From IMG/VR virus record IMGVR_UViG_3300032273_000075, positions 1-36,952 of that record: a DNA stretch of 36,952 bases, one strand, 5' to 3'. Source of the stretch: a virus (lineage: Duplodnaviria; Caudoviricetes). Positions 17,387-26,611 of this stretch are shown piece after piece (position 1 is the first letter of the stretch; every line of letters starts with the position of its first letter). Position numbers and translations under genes: made by a program. A model generated the notes under the pieces. It saw only the letters and a list, made by a program, of their open reading frames with translations, was not told the DNA's origin and did no database searches.

Positions 17387-17653
17387 ATGTCTTTAGTGAA
17401 TTGTCCGGTCTGTTTAGCCAAGTGCCGCATTGCTGCATCAGAAGCATTGACGAATGAAACTCGCCGTCAATATTGCCAATGTCAAAACTTAAATTGTGGT
17501 GTGACATTTACAACATTTACCACTTTAGAAAAAGTTATTCGTTCACCCAAGGAGGGATCGCTTCCACCTGATAAGGCGATCCAAAGCGATCTTGTAAAGG
17601 ATCCGTTGCAGATGGATTTAATAGTCCATGAACCCATGCATATTGGGGCTTAG
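17387..17653 (+). CDS. ogr: Ogr/Delta-like zinc-finger late-gene activator
   Basis: CPVC..YCQCQNLNCGVTF; SD AGGAGG. Confidence 0.92.
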   Translation: MSLVNCPVCLAKCRIAASEALTNETRRQYCQCQNLNCGVTFTTFTTLEKVIRSPKEGSLPPDKAIQSDLVKDPLQMDLIVHEPMHIGA

Positions 17654-17715
17654 TGTTGATTTTATTTGCTCTAACACTTCGCTTTTTGTCTTCGCTAATT
17701 TCCGAGGGCAATTTC

Positions 17716-17734
17716 GGTGCGGAGGGGGAGGTGT
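17716..17734. other. putative cos site
   Basis: GGTGCGGAGGGGGAGGTGT matches 11 of 19 positions of P2 cos GGCGAGGCGGGGAAAGCAC; GC-rich intergenic patch. Confidence 0.45.
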
Positions 17735-17789
17735 GCTGATTTTCTTTAGTTTGATGGTCTGTGTGAGTATATGACGATGAGGTGTTTCA

Positions 17790-18977
17790 ATGTGGGAACG
17801 TAAAGCACAAGCAGGTAAATGGAATGGTAATGTTTTAAACATTCTAAGCACCACGCTCGATGGCGGTAAGCGCCTGCATGTATCAGAGTTACCTTACACT
17901 GACCTACCTCATATCAAAGTGATGGGAGCCAAAGCACGCACCATTAGCATTGAAGTTGTTTTTGTTGGGGCTAACTCTTTAGTTGAATCGAATGCCACAA
18001 TACTTGAACTTGAAACGAATCCCGAAGGAACATTAGAGCATCCTTATTTGGGTGAAGTTGATGTGGTCTATGAAACTTATTCTCAAAGCTTTAATACCAC
18101 CAAAGGGCTGGTTACCTTATCACTTAAGTTTTATAAGCAAGGCGAAAGCATTGAGTTAATCAGCCTTGACCAAGACACACCGGCTAAATTAATAGATACG
18201 GTCATGGAAGAGTCAAACGCTGTGTTTATTGATGCTGTTTCAAAAGCATCTGCAGATGAAGTGGACGCAATGAAGTTAGATTTTGGCAGTGTGCTTTCTG
18301 CTTTGCGTAATGTTGCTAATCGTTCCGCACAATCAAGCGTTGAACTTGGTTTACTGCACCGCCAAATAGAAGATGGGTTCACTGCCATTGAATCAATAAA
18401 GAATTCACCAGGTGCATTATCTGATCACCTTCATGCCATCATGAATAATTTAAAAAAGACTCTCTTGGGGAAAGAAACAACAAGCATTTCACAAAAGCCT
18501 GCTGCTATCGCAACACAATCATTAAGCAGCACCATTAATCCTGATGCTACATTCTCACATTGCAACTTACAGGTAACCGTTGCCTTAATATTATTCAGTG
18601 TTGAAATGGATGCATTAAGTATTGTTGAAGAGGTTGATGCATCAGTCGTTGTTGAGCAGTCATTAACTGAAATGATAGGTAACATTAGTTTTATTCAAAA
18701 CCAATTAGATGATCGCATAAACGAAGTAACCAAAGCGGCCACTTTTGAAAGTTTAGCTTTATGTGAAGCCGTCGAATCATTGCGTACCAACGTCAATCAA
18801 CAAGCCGCAAAACTAATAGAATTTAAAGAATCTCTTTATCAATATGATGTGCCTCGGACAATGCCATTAGTTTGTTTAGCGCAACGGTTAGAAACAAACA
18901 CATCAGCACTAAACAGCGTGAACAAAATCAAGCATCCATTATTTGTAAGTGGTGAACTGCAGGTGATCAATGCCTAA
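17790..18977 (+). CDS. Mu gpN-like DNA circularization/tail protein
   Basis: GGKRLHVSELPY..MG..GTLEHPYLG N-terminal domain; C-terminal LysM-like IKHPLFV. Confidence 0.88.
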   Translation: MWERKAQAGKWNGNVLNILSTTLDGGKRLHVSELPYTDLPHIKVMGAKARTISIEVVFVGANSLVESNATILELETNPEGTLEHPYLGEVDVVYETYSQSFNTTKGLVTLSLKFYKQGESIELISLDQDTPAKLIDTVMEESNAVFIDAVSKASADEVDAMKLDFGSVLSALRNVANRSAQSSVELGLLHRQIEDGFTAIESIKNSPGALSDHLHAIMNNLKKTLLGKETTSISQKPAAIATQSLSSTINPDATFSHCNLQVTVALILFSVEMDALSIVEEVDASVVVEQSLTEMIGNISFIQNQLDDRINEVTKAATFESLALCEAVESLRTNVNQQAAKLIEFKESLYQYDVPRTMPLVCLAQRLETNTSALNSVNKIKHPLFVSGELQVINA

Positions 18978-19896
18978 CCTAACCTTGCATATTAACAAGC
19001 AACAAGTGCCATTCACTCAAGTAAATATCACGTTTAGCATTGAGCAATTGGCGCATACATTTTCGGCCACCATTTCAAACGCAAATATAAACAGTCCATT
19101 ACCTGTTCAATTTAAATTAAATGGAGCGGTTATTTTTAGTGGTCAAATCGATAGTGCCGGTGATGACGTAAACGGAACAAGTGATCAAATGTCTATCTCA
19201 GGCCGTTCACTTTCTGCAAACTTAATTGATAGCCGCATCAAATTAGACGCCATTTATAACCAACGGTTTGACCAGCTGCTTGAACGTGTTGTTTCAGACT
19301 TTGGTTTAAGCGTTCGTAATGACGCAGGCGAATTACCTGAAATACCAGAGTTTCAAATTAATGCAGAATCACCGCTTGATAACTTAGCGCAGGTTGCAAA
19401 ACAGCAAAACCTAATGCTCATAGAAGATAACGGCTATATCGTCATTCAAAGACCAGGGCAAAACTATGAACAAAACACCGTGCTAGAAGTTGGGACCAAT
19501 CTTGACTCATTAAATGTAACAAGAAACTTTAAAGACCAGTTTTACCGATATGAAATTCAAGGCGCTTGGGATGATGCCTTTGCAGCCGTGAATGATGAAT
19601 CAGTTAATACATCAAGAGTCAAAGTGATCATTGCTGACAAATTGCAAGACGAAGCGTCATGCCAAACACGCGCGCAATATGAAAAAAATATAGCCATAGC
19701 AAAAGGCTTGTATGCAACAGCGGTATTGTCAGGATTACATATTGCATTAACAGGAACCGCCATCAACAAAACCATTACTGTAAAAAATCCTAAAAAAGAA
19801 TTTAACGAAACTTTGCTAATTAAAAGCATATCAATATCAGCAAATGACAAAAGCGAAAACACCTCCGTTGAAATGTTTAAGTCGATGAGTGGGTAA
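18970..19896 (+). CDS. Mu gpP (gp44)-like baseplate hub protein
   Basis: SIEQLAHTF, ISGRSLSANLIDS; position in the module. Confidence 0.85.
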   Translation: MPNLTLHINKQQVPFTQVNITFSIEQLAHTFSATISNANINSPLPVQFKLNGAVIFSGQIDSAGDDVNGTSDQMSISGRSLSANLIDSRIKLDAIYNQRFDQLLERVVSDFGLSVRNDAGELPEIPEFQINAESPLDNLAQVAKQQNLMLIEDNGYIVIQRPGQNYEQNTVLEVGTNLDSLNVTRNFKDQFYRYEIQGAWDDAFAAVNDESVNTSRVKVIIADKLQDEASCQTRAQYEKNIAIAKGLYATAVLSGLHIALTGTAINKTITVKNPKKEFNETLLIKSISISANDKSENTSVEMFKSMSG

Positions 19897-19898
19897 CC

Positions 19899-20471
19899 AT
19901 GTCTGAAAAACTAGCAAACAGAATAAAAAACCTATTCGGTACAGGCATCGCAACAAGAATAGAAACGGGCATCGTTCAACTTAAATTAGCAACGGGAATA
20001 GTAAACGACAGAATAAAGCGAGTGCATAACTATGGGTTTATGAGTCGGCCATTACCTGGTGCAAAAGCTTATACATTATTTGTAGGCGGCGACACATCGC
20101 GCGGCATAGCGGTTTGTATTGAAGATGAAACATATCAAATGGCACTAGAGCCGGGTGATGTCGCTGTATTAGATAACAAAGGCAATCTTGTTCATCTTAC
20201 CAAAACTGGCATTAATGTTATTTCTCCAACAAATGTGAAAATTACGGCACCCAAAACAACCATCAATGGTGAAACGCTAATAAATGGTAATACGACCATA
20301 ACTGGTGTTTGTGCAGTTGGGAGTCTAGCCGCCGTAGGTGGTGGCGCAGTGCCCGCTAAAGGTGGGATGAATATGACAGGTGGTGATGTGGTTGTTGATG
20401 GTATCAGTTCAACTAAACACACACATATCGAAACTGGCACAGCAGGCGAACAGGTTTCACCGCCGCAGTAA
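19899..20471 (+). CDS. baseplate spike gpV/Mu gp45
   Basis: HNYGFMSRP..LFVGGD; C-terminal HTH metal-binding motif KHTHIE. Confidence 0.9.
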   Translation: MSEKLANRIKNLFGTGIATRIETGIVQLKLATGIVNDRIKRVHNYGFMSRPLPGAKAYTLFVGGDTSRGIAVCIEDETYQMALEPGDVAVLDNKGNLVHLTKTGINVISPTNVKITAPKTTINGETLINGNTTITGVCAVGSLAAVGGGAVPAKGGMNMTGGDVVVDGISSTKHTHIETGTAGEQVSPPQ

Positions 20472-20480
20472 GGAGAAAGT

Positions 20481-20861
20481 ATGAGTCACTTTCAATTAAC
20501 AGCATTAACAGAGCCTTTAAAAAGCACAGTTGGTTTAGAGCATGCAGTATTGCAAAGCTTACTTAATTGGGCGAAAGCACAAAAAAATGACCCCGTTGAC
20601 GAAGGGCAAGACAAACAAGGTTGGTGGGGTGGTGAATACATCACCGCAGTTGGTTGCAGGGATTGGACCTTAGCCCGTAGTAAACAGACAAGCGATACAT
20701 TAAACAGAGCAAAACGCCATACAGAGCAAGCGTTGCAATGGCTAATTGATAAGAAAATAGCCAAAAGCATAGAAGTAACAACTTATTTTGAAGAAGATAA
20801 ATTAAAACGGCTTATGAACATAACGCTGAAAAATGGCACAACACAACAGGTAACAATATGA
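20481..20861 (+). CDS. Mu gp46-like baseplate wedge protein
   Basis: GWWG..G..WTLARSK..ALQWLID. Confidence 0.9.
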   Translation: MSHFQLTALTEPLKSTVGLEHAVLQSLLNWAKAQKNDPVDEGQDKQGWWGGEYITAVGCRDWTLARSKQTSDTLNRAKRHTEQALQWLIDKKIAKSIEVTTYFEEDKLKRLMNITLKNGTTQQVTI

Positions 20862-21874
20862 GTCAAACGCCTAGCTTGCAATCGTTAATCTATAGAGCAA
20901 AAACAACCTTCCAAAGCAAAACGGGTGTAGATAACCCGGCAATAGACGCGTTTGCTGCAGTCATTGGGGGGATTGCATTTGGTCAATATGCCTATTCAGA
21001 TTATTTGTTTAAACAAATTAATCCAGAAACATGCGATGAAGAATGGTTATACCTACATGCGGAGCGATTAAAAGCATGGAGAATATCGCAATCCTATGCA
21101 GAAGGTACTTGTAACGTTGAAAACTCAGCATCATCGTCACTAGTGCCATCATCTGTGATCGTAAAAACAAGCGCAGGCATTGAATACGAAGTCACTACCG
21201 CAACCGCATCTAGTTTACCCGTACCCATTCGCGCACTCACATCGGGTGAAAGTGGTAATTTACCTGCAGGTGAAAAACTGTACCTAGTCACCGCGGTAAC
21301 GGGATTACACCCAGAAAGCATAACAAGCAACGAACTAAGCGGTGGTGCAGAACTAGAAGAGCTAGAGCATTGGCGCGAAAGAGTAGTACTTGCATACAAA
21401 GAAAAAACAGCAGTAGGAAAAATTGAAGACTATAAATATTGGGCGCTTTCGTCACATTCGGATATAGATTTTGCCTGGGCGTTAGATAACACGCCACAAT
21501 TAGGGCATGTTACAGTTTATATTGTGCAGAAAGAAGTCGAGCCACTTTTATCCGAACAAATAAGAGTGATTGCCCAAGATTATATTGATGAGCAGCGTTT
21601 AGCGGGTTGTCATGTTTTTGCCTCATTACCCACATTAAAGCCTACCGTTATCACTATTTCAGGTGTCGATGATATTGATGTTCGTGAAAACATTGATGCG
21701 GTATTGCAACTATTTTTTACTGAGAGAATTGAAAACCGAGAGCCATTATTTTCAAATGAAATTTCAACGGTCATCGCGAGCATCACTAATCAATTTACAT
21801 TAGTGTCACCAACAACAACGACCACATTGTTAACTAATGAATTATTAACTTACGGCGGTGTGACATGGGGGTAA
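20858..21874 (+). CDS. baseplate J/Mu gp47-like protein
   Basis: PETCDEEWLYLHA, GESGNL, GGAELEELEHWRER, DYKYWA. Confidence 0.9.
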   Translation: MSQTPSLQSLIYRAKTTFQSKTGVDNPAIDAFAAVIGGIAFGQYAYSDYLFKQINPETCDEEWLYLHAERLKAWRISQSYAEGTCNVENSASSSLVPSSVIVKTSAGIEYEVTTATASSLPVPIRALTSGESGNLPAGEKLYLVTAVTGLHPESITSNELSGGAELEELEHWRERVVLAYKEKTAVGKIEDYKYWALSSHSDIDFAWALDNTPQLGHVTVYIVQKEVEPLLSEQIRVIAQDYIDEQRLAGCHVFASLPTLKPTVITISGVDDIDVRENIDAVLQLFFTERIENREPLFSNEISTVIASITNQFTLVSPTTTTTLLTNELLTYGGVTWG

Positions 21875-22323
21875 CAGAAATTATTTATGAACAATCCGAT
21901 TTTAAACAGGCTGCTTCTGCATTGTTACCTGCAGGTGAATATTGGCAATATGAACAGGGTGACTCATTAGATAATGTATTAGAGGCGCTAGCGACAGAAT
22001 TTAAGACAATCAACGATGAAACCAAGGTCAGTATTTTATATGACATAGATAATATACAAGGCGGTTGGAAGTTATCTGATTATCAAGGAATCTTAAACAA
22101 TAACGGTATATCAGCAACGGTATTTGATGACAGCAGTACACCAAACCTGATTTATATTGATTTTGAACTAGGTAAATCTAACGGTGAATTTATACAGAAA
22201 TTAGATGAATATCGATTACCACATACCGCATTTTGTTGTACCTACTTACATGAAAAAGTGATGTATGTGGCGGCTGTTCGCCAATCATTAACAATTAACC
22301 GAAGAGAATTAAGGGCAGTTTAA
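21865..22323 (+). CDS. Mu gp48-like baseplate protein
   Basis: ALLPAGEYW..LPHT; position after gp47. Confidence 0.75.
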   Translation: MGVTEIIYEQSDFKQAASALLPAGEYWQYEQGDSLDNVLEALATEFKTINDETKVSILYDIDNIQGGWKLSDYQGILNNNGISATVFDDSSTPNLIYIDFELGKSNGEFIQKLDEYRLPHTAFCCTYLHEKVMYVAAVRQSLTINRRELRAV

Positions 22324-23438
22324 TGGCATTAGTAATTACAAATAATGGTTTAGATAAAGCCGTTCAAGCTGATTTTATGGGAGTTAATTTTAAGATAACG
22401 CATGTTGCGCTAGGCGCGAGTGGCTACACTCCCGACAAAACCATGACTTCATTGCAAAATGAATTAGTGAGAGTGCCTATTTCAGGTGGCAAGATGATTG
22501 ATATCAATCATCTTCATTTTACTGCTTTATTTGATGGCGAGGCTGAAATTATAGCGCGTGAAATTGGTTTTTACTTAGAAGATGGAACTCTTTTTGCTAT
22601 CGATAGTGATCCCAATAATGTCCTTGTTTATAAATCTTCAACCACTGGCTCTAGAGCATTAGAAGGTTTTGATTTAATACTAGACTCCATCCCAATTGAT
22701 AGCATTTTGGTTGATACGTCCGGTGATTTAGTCATTAATTATGACAAAGAGTTTGGGGCTTTACAGTTCACTCCATATGATCCAACGCGCACTTATAAAA
22801 CAGGGGAAGTTTGTACCATCGAAATTAACGGTGAAGTAATTGCAATGCAAATGTACGCGGGTCCAAATCTAACTTGTATAGGTAAAAATCCTGCTGATGA
22901 AACTAATCGCCAAAATGGTTGGATTGATGAAGCCTCGCCTTTTTGGTGGGTTCCACATAAAGCGGCTCGACCAGGTACCACATTATGGCCATGGATGAGT
23001 ATGACAATTCCTGAAGGGACATTAAATGTGTTAGGTAACTCCGTACCTGTAGTGGTTTTTTGGCGGCTTGCTATTGTACTTCCTGAGTTTGTAAATGCTG
23101 AAACCGGCATGATTGATTTTCCTGAAACGGGCGGTGAATTCTTTAGGGTTTTAGACCAAGGGCGAGGCGTTGATTCTGGACGTTTAATTAAAACAGCTCA
23201 ACTTAGTGAGCTTGGAAACCATCAGCATAAGACTTACGGGCTTGTGCACCAAGGCTTTAAAAGTGGCGTAGGGACTATCGGCGGCACTTTTCCTGATGGA
23301 TCCGATTATGCTGGAGCATACTATGGTAGTTTCCCTTCTGGCCCGTATCGTTTTGATACAAACCCTTATACAAACAAGGTTGGAGGAAGTGAAACTCGTT
23401 CACGTAATCTCGCTTTCCCAATATTAGTTGAGGTTTAA
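22323..23438 (+). CDS. tail fibre protein
   Basis: N-term VITNNG..REIGFYLEDGTLFA; collar-like GEFFRVLDQGRGVDSGR; C-term GGSETRSRNLAF. Confidence 0.9.
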   Translation: MALVITNNGLDKAVQADFMGVNFKITHVALGASGYTPDKTMTSLQNELVRVPISGGKMIDINHLHFTALFDGEAEIIAREIGFYLEDGTLFAIDSDPNNVLVYKSSTTGSRALEGFDLILDSIPIDSILVDTSGDLVINYDKEFGALQFTPYDPTRTYKTGEVCTIEINGEVIAMQMYAGPNLTCIGKNPADETNRQNGWIDEASPFWWVPHKAARPGTTLWPWMSMTIPEGTLNVLGNSVPVVVFWRLAIVLPEFVNAETGMIDFPETGGEFFRVLDQGRGVDSGRLIKTAQLSELGNHQHKTYGLVHQGFKSGVGTIGGTFPDGSDYAGAYYGSFPSGPYRFDTNPYTNKVGGSETRSRNLAFPILVEV

Positions 23439-23440
23439 TC

Positions 23441-23959
23441 ATGCAATATTTTTTAACATTTAACCCAAAAACACGCGAAGTGTTAGTTCCTATAAAATCA
23501 ACAAAATGGAATGCTCCACGCAATAGTGTACAAATTGAAACATTGCCAGGTAAAGAAGGCTTTGCTGTTGTTGTTAATGATAAATTAACTGCAACTGAAT
23601 ATATTGTCGACCAACGTGGGGAGACAATTTACAACACTACTGATTTTACTCAATCAAAGGTAATCGATGAGTTAGGTGAAATAGAAAATGGGTGGACACT
23701 TGATAAACCTACTACAGAGTTTGATACGTGGGTAGGTGACGGTTGGGTTACAGATACACAAGCAAAGTTTGAAGCTAACATGCTAAGTGTTGATAGCACT
23801 CGCCGTAGTTTTTATTCATCAATGAGTGACCCTTTAATATCCGAAGCAACGATAGAACGTTTGCAAGGAAATGAAAATAAAGCTATCGAATTAGAAAATC
23901 AAGCGATAGCAGCACGTGAAAAAATCCGCGCTGAAAACCCTTGGCCAACTAAAGATTAA
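23441..23959 (+). CDS. tail fibre assembly chaperone
   Basis: DQRGETIY..LGEI..T..PTTEFDTW..W; C-term PWP. Confidence 0.85.
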   Translation: MQYFLTFNPKTREVLVPIKSTKWNAPRNSVQIETLPGKEGFAVVVNDKLTATEYIVDQRGETIYNTTDFTQSKVIDELGEIENGWTLDKPTTEFDTWVGDGWVTDTQAKFEANMLSVDSTRRSFYSSMSDPLISEATIERLQGNENKAIELENQAIAAREKIRAENPWPTKD

Positions 23960-23978
23960 GCGGCTTATTGCCGCTTTT
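23958..23978 (+). terminator. putative terminator after the tail fibre operon
   Basis: AAGCGGC-TTATT-GCCGCTTTT. Confidence 0.65.
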
Positions 23979-23990
23979 AATTTCCTTCAC

Positions 23991-24050
23991 TTTTAAACCT
24001 TTCCATTAAAATATCAACACCTCGCGCGTATTCATCAGCTTCGTTATCCT
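23991..24050 (+). promoter_or_regulatory. putative activator-dependent late promoter of the lysis operon
   Basis: TTTTA-N11-TAAAA (23991-24011) plus CGT-TATCCT (-10 at 24045); same geometry as 28397-28456. Confidence 0.5.
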
Positions 24051-24090
24051 GTCTCAATCGAAATAATTTAAATTATTAACAGGAAGCAAG

Positions 24091-24396
24091 ATGGAAGGTG
24101 ATTCACTAAAAACACAACTTGCCATTCAAGCCTTGGAGTTAGGGCAAAAGAAGAATGAAGCGGTGTTGTATAAAATGTCTGGCACTCTAGAAAAATTAGT
24201 TGAAATGCAAAAGTCACATGAAACATTTCATACAAAAGTGTTGGGTAAATTTGAAACCGAAACCTCAGAAAAAGAAGCGATTAATAACCGATTAACCAAA
24301 GTGGAAGATAATCAAAAATGGACTGCTCGATCAATTATTGGCGCGGTTATTCTGGCCGTTATTAGCGCAACCGTCGTACTAGTTAAGGGGGCATAA
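24091..24396 (+). CDS. coiled-coil protein with C-terminal TM (XhlA/holin-associated-like)
   Basis: RLTKVEDNQKWTARSIIGAVILAVI; first gene of the lysis cassette. Confidence 0.65.
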   Translation: MEGDSLKTQLAIQALELGQKKNEAVLYKMSGTLEKLVEMQKSHETFHTKVLGKFETETSEKEAINNRLTKVEDNQKWTARSIIGAVILAVISATVVLVKGA

Positions 24397-24788
24397 TGCC
24401 AGCATATTCAGCAGCATCACAAGGTAAATTATCGCAGTGTCATCCATTGCTACAACAAGTCTTTAACCAGGTGATTAAATCAGTTGATAACACCATCATC
24501 GAAGGGCACCGCTCAAAAGAAAAACAAAATAGTTTGTTTGAACAAGGTAAAAGCCAACTCAAATACCCAAAAGGAAAGCACAACTCAATGCCTTCATTGG
24601 CTGTTGATGCCGCGCCATATCCAATTGATTGGCAAAACAGAGAGCGTGCAACGTTATTTTCAGGTTATGTCTTAGGCGTAGCCGCTGAAATGGGTATCAA
24701 ATTACGATGGGGTGGTGATTGGAATATGAACTTTGAAACATCAGATAATAACTTTGATGATTTATGGCATTTTGAATTAATACTGTGA
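24396..24788 (+). CDS. endolysin, M15-family L-Ala-D-Glu peptidase
   Basis: IIEGHRS..Q, KH..SLAVDAAP, RWGGDW, DLWHFEL. Confidence 0.92.
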   Translation: MPAYSAASQGKLSQCHPLLQQVFNQVIKSVDNTIIEGHRSKEKQNSLFEQGKSQLKYPKGKHNSMPSLAVDAAPYPIDWQNRERATLFSGYVLGVAAEMGIKLRWGGDWNMNFETSDNNFDDLWHFELIL

Positions 24789-24795
24789 GGGCACC

Positions 24796-25029
24796 ATGCT
24801 AACACCTCAAAAATTTAACGAGTGGAGAATATTCCCACGCCTAATAGGGGTCTTCATGGCCTACATGTGGATCCAGTTTAATGGTTACTTTTATTCAATA
24901 CCAATGAGCGAACAAAGCGAATGGGCATTTGCTCAATACGCTTTAATCGTTGGTATGTTTGTTGGGTTTGCAAAAATATATATGTCTACAGGAGGTAAAA
25001 AGAATGATCCCAGTAGCAGCAGTAATTAG
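24796..25029 (+). CDS. putative holin (2 TM)
   Basis: WRIFPR followed by two TM helices; inside the lysis cassette. Confidence 0.6.
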   Translation: MLTPQKFNEWRIFPRLIGVFMAYMWIQFNGYFYSIPMSEQSEWAFAQYALIVGMFVGFAKIYMSTGGKKNDPSSSSN

Positions 25030-25462
25030 CCTGTTTAGTGGCTCAGCCAAAAAGCCATTATTGCTAGCACTAGCAATAATGGTTGTATTAGTCGCATTAG
25101 GTAGCGCTTATTTTTACGTGAAAACACAAGCGTATGAACAAGGTTACAAAATTGCAGAGCATAAATATCTGTTAGAAAAAGAACAGGCAATAATCGAAGC
25201 AATTAACCAGGTTAATCAACAAAACCAACATAATATCGAAATAGCCAAAAACTATTGGGAAAACAAATTAGCCCAAAAGCCAAAGCTACAAACCATAGAA
25301 AAAGAGGTGATCAAATATGTTCAAACGAATAATAATGCTAAGTGCATGCTTAGTGATAATGAGCTGCACATCATCACCGAACTCGTCAACATTGCCAACC
25401 ACAACGAAAATACCGAAACCACAAATCGAGCAAGCCCTGTTACAGCCTTGCCCCCAAATTAA
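25004..25462 (+). CDS. inner-membrane spanin (Rz-like)
   Basis: N-terminal TM, coiled coil, EKEVIKYV..C; ATG 25004 with SD GGAGG. Confidence 0.75.
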   Translation: MIPVAAVISLFSGSAKKPLLLALAIMVVLVALGSAYFYVKTQAYEQGYKIAEHKYLLEKEQAIIEAINQVNQQNQHNIEIAKNYWENKLAQKPKLQTIEKEVIKYVQTNNNAKCMLSDNELHIITELVNIANHNENTETTNRASPVTALPPN

Positions 25463-25577
25463 ACAACCAACAGACAAACGAAAAAGCGGTCACCTGTTAT
25501 GGAAAAAAGAGCTGATCATTATGTACGGCGAATGCAGGGATAAACATAACGCACTGGTTGAAATAACAAACCAATAA
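25317..25577 (+). CDS. outer-membrane spanin lipoprotein (Rz1-like)
   Basis: Lipobox LVIMSC, Pro-rich, LLQPCP, YGECRDKHNAL; overlaps Rz in another frame. Confidence 0.75.
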   Translation: MFKRIIMLSACLVIMSCTSSPNSSTLPTTTKIPKPQIEQALLQPCPQIKQPTDKRKSGHLLWKKELIIMYGECRDKHNALVEITNQ

Positions 25578-25604
25578 AAAAGGGGCTAAATTAGCCCCTT
25601 TTTT
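25576..25604. terminator. bidirectional terminator between lysis and portal
   Basis: AAAAAAGGGGCTAA-A-TTAGCCCCTTTTTT. Confidence 0.85.
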
Positions 25605-25625
25605 ATTAAGTATAAATATCTTCAT

Positions 25626-26606
25626 CTATGCTGCAGTATCATCAATCCCTTCATACTGTTTAACAGAAAGCACTTTAAACCCTGCAAAATCATTTAACTC
25701 CTCTTCAAGCATTTCAGCCGCAGGTAGTAATTCATTTTTATAAAATATCTTATCCACCTTATTCAAATCACTCGAACTACTAAACCCTTCACGAACAATA
25801 CTCATTAAATCAAGTGGTATGCGATGCGCGGCTAATACATCAGCGGTGGTAACACTCTTCATTTTGCTGAATTCGTCTTTAGCATCTAACTGGCCAACCG
25901 GTATTAGTTCGGGTTTTTCTTTATCCTTACCCTTACCGTTAACAAACATATTTTTGAAATTACCTAAACCCTTTGCACTATTGAGCTTTTTCTTAATATC
26001 TTCTTCTTGCTCGGTCGTTAAATTAGGATTGTTCATATAAAGCAAAAAGCCAGAATGCGCCCCGTTTAAATAATACTTACGTCTAAACAATGTTGCATCT
26101 TCATTTAACCAAACCGAATTCAAAGCGGATAACCATTGCGGTACGCCGTAAACTTCCTGCGTTACATCATAATCAAAATAATGGAATACCTTACCTTCTG
26201 TATAATCAATGGTTTGATAATCCGTTTTATAAGAATAGCAATTAGGCTTTTTACGGCGTCGCATATAAAGCGCAGGTAAATGTTTAAAACTAACGTCGCC
26301 AAGTCCGTTGGTCACTTTCAGCAAATACGCATTAGAAAAAACACCCAGGTCTAACAAAAATCGAGAAAAATCTTTACGGCTAAGCGTTCCCTTAGTTAAT
26401 TCAGTGATCGCACTTAACATATTACGTTTAACGTGAATGCCAGATGAATGCATCGTATTAGCACGTAAACTTTTTGCTAAACCATCAAGCGGGATAGGCG
26501 GCTCAAAGTAACCATCAATCAAAGCCGTTTCCACATAATCTAATATATCGGATGCTAAAATTGATTCAGGATTACCAAATTCAACAGTGGGTGAAAAATC
26601 TGACAT
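25626..26606 (-). CDS. Q: portal protein (P2 gpQ type)
   Basis: EVYGVPQW..ATLFRRKYYLNGAHSGF..GLGNFKNMF..AAHRIP. Confidence 0.95.
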   Translation of the reverse strand: MSDFSPTVEFGNPESILASDILDYVETALIDGYFEPPIPLDGLAKSLRANTMHSSGIHVKRNMLSAITELTKGTLSRKDFSRFLLDLGVFSNAYLLKVTNGLGDVSFKHLPALYMRRRKKPNCYSYKTDYQTIDYTEGKVFHYFDYDVTQEVYGVPQWLSALNSVWLNEDATLFRRKYYLNGAHSGFLLYMNNPNLTTEQEEDIKKKLNSAKGLGNFKNMFVNGKGKDKEKPELIPVGQLDAKDEFSKMKSVTTADVLAAHRIPLDLMSIVREGFSSSSDLNKVDKIFYKNELLPAAEMLEEELNDFAGFKVLSVKQYEGIDDTAA

Positions 26607-26611
26607 AATAT

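Noticed and set aside
22323-23959. Diversity-generating retroelement or invertible tail-fibre cassette
   Set aside because: No RT, no template/variable repeat pair and no invertase seen
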